Shown here: positions 55,065 through 64,000 of the stretch, in pieces
Numbering within the stretch: position 1 is the stretch's first letter
How the letters are laid out: each line of letters opens with the position of its first letter
Assembly: GCA_964016885.1 (NCBI GenBank)
Contig: OZ024751.1
Location: 15,686,001-15,750,000 of the forward strand
Direction of reading: 5' to 3'
DNA from: Eledone cirrhosa
Taxonomy: Eukaryota
Length of the DNA stretch: 64,000 nt
Notes under the pieces: model-generated
What the model saw: the letters and a program-made list of their open reading frames with translations, nothing else
Told to the model about the DNA's origin: nothing
Databases searched by the model: none
Position numbers and translations under genes: made by a program

Positions 55065-55827
55065 CATACATACATATATACATACATAGATATATACATA
55101 CGCGCACACACACATAGATATATACGTACATAGGTACATATATACATACACACACACATACACACACACATACATACACACATATATACACATATATACA
55201 GACACACACATATGAATAGTCACTTCATACCTTGTGACTTCAGTTAGCCAGAGAAAAATAAATTATCTTTGAAGATCAGTGATAGGCAAAATATCCAGAA
55301 GGAAAACAGCGGGGAGTATTCAGGCTAGAAGAAGCAAGATTTAGTCAGCTTTTTTTCTTAAGAAGCAAGATTTAGTCAGCTTTTTTTCTTAAGAAAATAA
55401 AATGTATTTCACATTAAAGATTTAATTTAGATAAGAGCAATTCAAACGCTTTCAAACATTACACCTACACACACATACACACGCACTCAAGCACACACAT
55501 ACACACAAAGACAAACGCACACACACACACATATACACACGCACTCAACCACACACATACACACAAACACAAACGCACACACGCATACACACCAACTCAA
55601 GCACACATATACACACACACACAAACGCGCACACACACACACAAACAGACGCACACACACACACACACACATATATATATACATACAAACAACACACACA
55701 CACTCACACGCATATATATAAATATACACACACAAACATATATATATATATACACAAACAACACATATATATATATAAACACTCACACACACACACACAC
55801 ACATATATATATACGCACACACAAACA

Positions 55828-55898
<71 letters not shown>

Positions 55899-55964
55899 AA
55901 CAACACACACACTCACACGCATATATACAGTATATATATATATATATATATACACACACAAACA

Positions 55965-55995
<31 letters not shown>

Positions 55996-56424
55996 CACAA
56001 ATAACACACACACACATATATATATACATACACACACATATATATATTTACTCACACACACACAGACACATATATATATATATATATACACATACATACA
56101 AACGAACACACACAAACTTATATAGTGGATAGTTGAAAATAACGGAAAGTTATTTAAAAATCTAAGTTGATAAATTCATTTTATTACACAGATAATATAT
56201 TTTGCCAAAGTAAACTATTAATTTAAAATACTTACATACTCTCTCTACCACCCCATATATATATGTATGTTCATATATGTATGCGTATATATATGTATAT
56301 ATATTTACATTTTATATATATATTATATATATATGTATATATTCATATATGTATGCGTATATATATGTATGTATATATACATTTTATATATATATATATA
56401 TATGTATATATTCATATATGTATG

Positions 56425-56597
<173 letters not shown>

Positions 56598-56637
56598 CGA
56601 GCCCTCTTTGGATTTTAGTCTTCAATTTTATTATTAT

Positions 56638-56701
<64 letters not shown>

Positions 56702-56738
56702 AGATAGGTATTGAGATAGATAGGGAGAGAGAGAGAGA

Positions 56739-56802
<64 letters not shown>

Positions 56803-59202
56803 GAGCGAGAGAGAGAAAGGTTTAGATAAATCCGTGTTTACTGTTAAACAATTTTAACATCGCCTTAAGCTAATGAAAAAATTGACTATTTTATTGTGAA
56901 GCTGTTGCTTGCAGTAATAATCTCGCCCCTCTTTTTTCTCACGTTTTCAGCCCCTCTTTCCTCTTTTCTCTCTCTCTCTCTTTATTCCCCCACAAAATGT
57001 CTGCTTCGTGTAGTTCAGTAGACTATATTTTTATTCTGGTATTATCGATTGCAAGGAAGCTGGGGAGTCATTAGAAGGTCGGATAGAATGATTTACCGTA
57101 ATTGTTCCGGTTTTCAGCTCGCTGATTTCAAACCACTTCAAGGTCAACATTGCATTTTCATCCTTTCGGGTTCGATAAAATGTACCAGTCTTGTTGTTGG
57201 TTCTATATATATCTTTCTAATTTCCTCTCTATCACTCTCTATCTCCTTCTCTGGAAGAAATCGGCCGTGTTCAGACCTTGAGAGGAGACGCGCTCCCTCA
57301 GGTTTAACCCTTTAGTATTTAAATTATCCTATATTTACTATTGTATTCTTGTGGTAAAGGCTTTATCTTACACGGTTATCTCATATGATATCGAATCTAT
57401 GAGATTTTGATGTTATTTATTTTGAGAACAATACCTTAACATCAATATGAGTGGCCAGTTACAGCCCGTTTGAACAGAAAGAGGTGAGATAATTCTGACC
57501 GGATACAGCCGGTTTAAATGTTAAAGGGTTAAAGAAAAGAAGGCCCAAGAAACGTTGTATGTCACTATGGCGCCCAACTTCTTAACCAGGTGTTACAAAT
57601 AAACGAAGAAGAAAACCAGGCTCACACGAACTTTTCCTTTTCTCACGAAAGAAAAACTTTTGTTTGTTATCCATAACAGGATATAAATCTCCATTAATTT
57701 GGCAAGAACCTGGGAACTCTACCAATTCATAGTCACTAAATTCTAATTGGTGTTCTAAAATATTCCCCACCGCAGTATCGATTAAGTAGAATTGGTTGAA
57801 ATATTTTTCTTATGGTTGACTGGATTGATTTACGAAGTTTACCTTATAAATAACTTCTATAGAGTGTCAAAACTTATTAATAGAAGATATTAACCACCAA
57901 AACCAATTAATTATACAAAGTTTCAATACTTTCTTTCCCTCTTTTTTTTTCTCTCTCTTAGTTAAACTCCATTACATGAATCTGTACAAACATATTAAAA
58001 GTGACAGTTGTTCAAATTTAGAAATATTGAATTTACGTGAGGTCATACCGTAATGAGGTTTAAAGTTGGCATAAACTATAAAACAAAACTGTTTGTTTAT
58101 TCGGACAGTGAAGGCACCGAATTGGCAGAGTCGTTAGAGCGTCGGATAGGATGTTTTGGAGTGTTCATCCCGGCTCTTTGCGTTCTGAATTCACATCCCA
58201 TTACGTTAATCTGTGCAAACCTATTAAAGGTGACAGTTGTTCAAGTTTAGAAACTCTGTTAAGAGTGCACGTGTCTGTGGAATGCTAAGGCACCTGTACG
58301 TTCATTTCATGGACAGTCCGTTTCGTTGTTTGAACAACTGGAAGAGGAATGAATGTTGTGTAAGAAGCTGGCAAAAATGAATCTCTACCTGTGGTTCAAA
58401 AGATCAGATTTGGCACACACTGTATCACGCCGAATCTCCCCGAGAACTACGTTAAGATTACACGTGTCTGTAGGATGTTCAGCCCGCTGCACGTTCATTT
58501 CACGGACAGACTGTCCCGTTGTTTGAACAGCTGGAAGACCTCTTCGTCGGGAAGCGACGGTGGTCTAACACATACATACAATCATTTACGGCATTTCTAT
58601 TAGCTTTTGTTGAAAGTTTGTTAAAAATTATATAATCTATGACGAAAGTTAAACCATGAATTATAAACACGACTACAAAGATGATTATTTTCGTAGATAT
58701 CTTATGATTAGGTTCAAAGGGAAACCTTAGTGAAGAGTTTTTTCATATATGATAACCGCAATGGCAGTGTAATACTTGCATATACTTCATAGACGTAGTC
58801 GTGAAATAATAAATATATTGGCAGTATTCACACAACGACGATAAAGATGATAGAAGAAAAGAATGGAGATAGAGGAAATAGAGAAAATGAAAAATGAGAT
58901 GAGAAGGCGACAAGATGTAGAAATAATTGAAGGAACAAAAATAGGAATGACTAAAATAAAGGGAAAAAAGTGCAATATCTGGGATGAGAGGATGTAGATA
59001 AGAAATGAAATGAAATGAAATGAAATGAAAAAAAAATAAAAGTTTGAATATGAAGTGAAAAAAAAGGATGAGCAGAAGAAAAGATAAGGGGTGTTTATAT
59101 ATGACAGCTTGTGTAAAGGTGTACAACAATAGAAGATTAACGAGAGAGTGAGTGAGAGAGAGATAGAGATAGATTTAAAAAAAATATATGTATATATATA
59201 TT

Positions 59203-59460
59203 TATTAAAATAACAGATTAAAGTTTAAGCAAAGAATCGCTGCTTTCACCCTTAACGGGATATATATATATTTTTATAGTAATAATAATAAATATGAAGA
59301 CTAAAATCCCCAGAAAAGAACTCACAGCCTTCTTAAAAGGCTTCAACCTCTCCATACAGGTTGAGGCCAACCTCACAGATTGATTTTTTTAGTTTCAGGA
59401 GATCCCGTTAAGGGTGAAAGCACCGATTCTTTGCTTAAACTTTGATCTGTTATTTTAATA
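59203..59460. repeat. Inverted pair of a short dispersed repeat (aagggtgaaagcagcgattctttgcttaaactt...)
   Basis: Other copies at 18455, 47350 and 61540. Confidence 0.7.
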
Positions 59461-59464
59461 AATA

Positions 59465-59515
<51 letters not shown>

Positions 59516-59532
59516 ATATATATATATATATA

Positions 59533-59843
59533 TTCATGTATACATCGCTATTTCAGAGCACCAATCCTAATACCTAATTTTTGCTGGACCGGCAATCGCT
59601 CTGTATAATCAGCTCCTGATTATTACTGGAATTCTATGAGAATCCAGCTTGTATAATTTTCGGCGGAATCAGGGAGTGCGTGGTTATGATGATCGCCAAA
59701 CAGCGTGAAACAGACTGTTAGCTTCTCTCCCTTCTTTCGCCGAAAAGAAGTAAGTGACATACTTTAAAACTCATAGCGTATGGTCTTCAAAATGTTTTTA
59801 ATTAAATATACGGTATATTGCCAAATATACTATACATACATTC

Positions 59844-59845
<2 letters not shown>
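59533..59845 (+). mobile_element. Second monomer of the 19755-20070 HHR element (core mutated to atgatga)
   Basis: Near-colinear sequence, flanked by (TA)n. Confidence 0.8.
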
Positions 59846-59924
<79 letters not shown>

Positions 59925-59978
59925 AAATAAAATAAAGTTAAATAAAAGTCAAATGATTAAAATTTAGCTTCGTTTATT

Positions 59979-60033
59979 ACTGCTATATATATTTCAGTGA
60001 CAGCCATCTTTGGCTGTGACCTCTTCAGGCAGT
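59979..60033 (-). ncRNA. Minimal type-I HHR
   Basis: Reverse complement: actgc-CTGAAGA-ggtcacagcc..ggctgtcact-GAAA-tatata-TA-gcagt. Confidence 0.85.
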
Positions 60034-60482
60034 TTGAATTAGTATGGTATAGACAAGTACATATGTTGTTGAGGTGTATAATATTGTCAATACTCTGATA
60101 TGCCCAGTTCCTTGTTGGGTTGAAACACTACAGGGAGCCTCACCCCAGAAAGAATTCTATAGACTTCTGACTGAGGAATGCTCTCAGAACTGACCAATGG
60201 GAAGTTTGACACTTTTTTTGTTATTTTGTTCCTTTAACACCTTGTCCCTTCTACCATTTTATCAATTTTTTAAGCTAACTCCAACAATAACAACACTTAG
60301 AATGAGGAATGTTCTAATGAGAGGAGAAGGGGACCTTTTACACTGAAATTCGTTTATATGAATTCATATGACTCCAGTTCCTCAGTGAAATAACAACCCA
60401 ACAAGGAACTGGGCATATCAGAGTATTGACAATATTATACACCTCAACAACATATGTACTTGTCTATACCATACTAATTCAA

Positions 60483-60537
60483 ACTGCCTGAAGAGGTCAC
60501 AGACAAAGATGGCTGTCACTGAAATATATATAGCAGT
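60483..60537 (+). ncRNA. Minimal type-I HHR
   Basis: actgc-CTGAAGA-ggtcacagac..ggctgtcact-GAAA-tatata-TA-gcagt. Confidence 0.85.
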
Positions 60538-60678
60538 AATAAACGAAGCTAAATTTTAATCATTTGACTTTTATTTAACTTTATTTTACACTACTCCGGA
60601 GTAGCCAAACCAACCTGCGCACTTCGTCGAGTGCTCCAGCCTGCATACTAAGGTGTTGGTATTCAACCAACATAAACT

Positions 60679-60826
<148 letters not shown>

Positions 60827-60950
60827 AATACAAATATAAATAGTACTCGATACTTAGGGTAGTAGAGTGGGTAATAGGAAGAGAGTCAGGACCCCGACGG
60901 CTGAGTTCTGGCCGTTTCAGCTGTCAAAACGTCGGGGTCCTGACTCTTTT

Positions 60951-60999
<49 letters not shown>

Positions 61000-61010
61000 G
61001 TATATATATT

Positions 61011-61063
<53 letters not shown>

Positions 61064-61936
61064 TATATATATTTATATATATATAAAATCGATCACTGGT
61101 ATAAATACAGCGTCCTTCGGCCAGCGTCTGGCCCTTATGCAGCTGCAACAATCACTTGTTCAGAGTACACACATTTAGTTTTACTGCAGTGAGACGGATG
61201 TTAATATATATATATGTATATATATATATATAAAATATTAAACAAATAATGAATAAACAATTCCTTATATTAAACAAAAAAAGTTCATTATTTAACGATC
61301 GTTTCTAGGATATATATGTGTTAGAATTGGTATGCATATTCAACAGATCTATGTACAAAATTATACAAAATTATACAAATTATCAAGATTAAATATACAT
61401 ACCAAACACATATATACGCCGTCTTCATATATATATATATATATATATAGTAATAATAATAAATGTGAAGACTAAAATCAAAAGCGGGCTCGATAAGGAT
61501 AAATATATATCAAATATATAAGAACCGTAGAGCAAATATTTATTAAAATAACTGATTAAAGTTTAAGCAAAGAATCGCTGCTTTCACCCTTAACGGGATC
61601 TTCTGAAAAACTCAGATTACATTTATTGTATTCAGCCATGTAGACCGATGAAACTATTCTCACGAATGAAACAGTTCTAGTCCTGTAGAAGCTTTTCTAT
61701 ATTAAAACATTTATACTCTGCTATGTATTGAGTACCTTACTTACTGTGGTTACCCCAGATTCATATATATATATATATGAAAAGTAGAAGAACTGCGAAA
61801 CCGGTAAAGGAACCAAATAAATATATATATTTAAAAGAAAAACACTCCAGTTGCATTTTCGATTTCATTTTTTTCCTTATACTTTCACTCGTGTAGGACA
61901 CCTCGGTTATTTTTAATTTTGTAAAAGAAACCACAC

Positions 61937-62017
<81 letters not shown>

Positions 62018-62168
62018 AAGATGTTGAGGTAAAGGAATATCTATGTATTTTTACTTAGTAAAGTTAGTAATATATTGTGAACTTGTGAACAACAAACAGA
62101 CATTTCTAGGTTTTCAACTTTAAAGATAGGAAAGTTTCAACTCTAATAATCTACACACGCATATATGA

Positions 62169-62208
<40 letters not shown>

Positions 62209-62271
62209 GTATACTATATGACTTTATATATATATATATATATGATATAGAAGTCATTTCTTTAATAAAAG

Positions 62272-62367
<96 letters not shown>

Positions 62368-62369
<2 letters not shown>

Positions 62370-62467
62370 TGTGCTGTGCTCTGCTGCGCTGTGTTGTCCT
62401 GTATATATTTTAAAGATTATGTTGACGACATTTCTATGATAATATATGTATATATATATATATTTAT

Positions 62468-62523
<56 letters not shown>

Positions 62524-62610
62524 TGTGCTGTGCTCTGCTGCGCTGTGTTGTGCTGTATATATTTTTAAGATTATATTGATATTTCTATGATAATATATGT
62601 ATATATATAT
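62368..62610. repeat. Tandem duplication of a ~90-bp unit separated by (TA)n
   Basis: actgtgctgtgctctgctgcgctgtg.. at 62368 and 62522. Confidence 0.8.
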
Positions 62611-62670
62611 ATATATTTATATAAAAAAAAAAAAAAAAAAAAATAAAAATAAAAAAAATATAAAATAAAG

Positions 62671-62717
<47 letters not shown>

Positions 62718-62732
62718 TTATTTTTTTTATTT

Positions 62733-62821
<89 letters not shown>

Positions 62822-63040
62822 AGATAAGATTTATTAAAGTTGAAACTTTTGCAGGATGTAGCCATTTAAATCATATCCGTTCGCCATCTTGGTACTGTTC
62901 CTACACTTTTTCCTGCTTTTTATTCTTTTCTTAGTCTACTTTGATAAACCATGTGACTGGAATCGAGAGACCCATTCTCTTTCTTTTTGAGGGTTTTTAC
63001 TTTTACATATATATATAAGTATGTATGTATATATATATAT

Positions 63041-63141
<101 letters not shown>

Positions 63142-63230
63142 TGTATGCATATATATGTATGAATATATGTATGTATATATATGTATATATGTATGTATAT
63201 GTATGTATATATATATATGTATGTATATAA

Positions 63231-63262
<32 letters not shown>

Positions 63263-63492
63263 TTATGTATATATGTATATATATATATGTATATATATGT
63301 ATATATATATGTATAAATGTACATATATATAATATATATACATATATATGTATATATATATATGGACATATATATGGACACACACACACACACATACACA
63401 CATATATATATATATAAATATATATATATATATGTATATATATAGAAGAAATAAGATTTCGCTTCAAGCATAGCTTTATACAATATATATAG

Positions 63493-63826
63493 AAATTTCG
63501 TATCTCCAAAGAAATACCGTTTTAGGAAGCCGTTGGTATGCAAACACCGGGGGGGGGGGGGATAACGCCCTCTGGTTATGCCCTGCAGAAGGAAGGGAGA
63601 CAACCGTCTATGCATTTTAGGCTTAACTGGCCTTCGTCAGGACCAACGCTCGCGACTGCTGTGCTAGAGTAGCGAAGGGATCGTCCTGATGAAGGCCAGT
63701 TAAGTCTGAAATGCATAGACGGTTGTCCTCCTTGCTTCTGCAGGACATCACCAGAGGGCGTTAGCCCCCCCCCCGGTGTTTGCATACCAACGGCTTCCTA
63801 AAACCGTATTTCTTTGGAGATACGAA

Positions 63827-63830
<4 letters not shown>
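63493..63830. mobile_element. Palindromic element with ~150-bp arms, each carrying an HHR
   Basis: aaatttcgtatctccaaagaaatac.. / ..gtatttctttggagatacgaaattt; TA flanks. Confidence 0.85.
63680..63723 (+). ncRNA. Minimal type-I HHR (the left-arm copy at 63603-63644 has GAAA changed to AAAA)
   Basis: atcgtc-CTGATGA-aggccagttaagtct-GAAA-tgca-TA-gacggt. Confidence 0.88.
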
Positions 63831-63882
<52 letters not shown>

Positions 63883-63890
63883 TATGTAAA

Positions 63891-64000
63891 TAATTGTTTC
63901 TACTTTTGGCACAAGGCCAGCAATCACCCAGTACATTACTGGTACTTTATTTTATCGACCTCTGTATGGATGAAAGGCAAAGTTAACCTCGGCGGGATTT
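63891..64000 (-). mobile_element. tRNA-derived SINE, cut by the window end
   Basis: Tail and body signature. Confidence 0.85.

Noticed and set aside
57540-57800. Short minus-strand ORF with coding-like composition
   Set aside because: No recognisable motif or splice support.

Overview
Repeat-saturated, AT-rich eukaryotic DNA, most likely cephalopod (octopus-type SINEs, abundant TA/CA/TATC microsatellites). No intact host gene is visible. Contents: a near full-length Tx1/L1-type LINE in (TATC)n (2397-8077); four R4/Dong-type RLE-LINE fragments, three next to (TAA)n and one in (TACA)n; a decayed Helitron RepHel region and a non-autonomous Helitron; about 15 tRNA-derived SINE copies; several minisatellites; and a young Penelope-like element (PLE) with an intact 1278-aa RT/GIY-YIG ORF, preceded by a 2.1-kb inverted copy of its own 3' part, with hammerhead ribozymes (HHRs) in its pseudo-LTRs. 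The most notable signal is about 14 type-I HHR motifs (a few with degenerate cores) plus several half-motifs, from roughly 8 distinct sequence families. Most sit in short non-coding fold-back elements inserted in (TA)n that copy the autonomous PLE architecture (inverted tail + forward HHR + longer tail, often with a TTGAGTRC/TCGAGTGC motif). Possible decayed host exons are also present (signal-peptide-like, FN3-like). All folds and alignments were done by eye. Most short ORFs in the supplied track are microsatellite artefacts.
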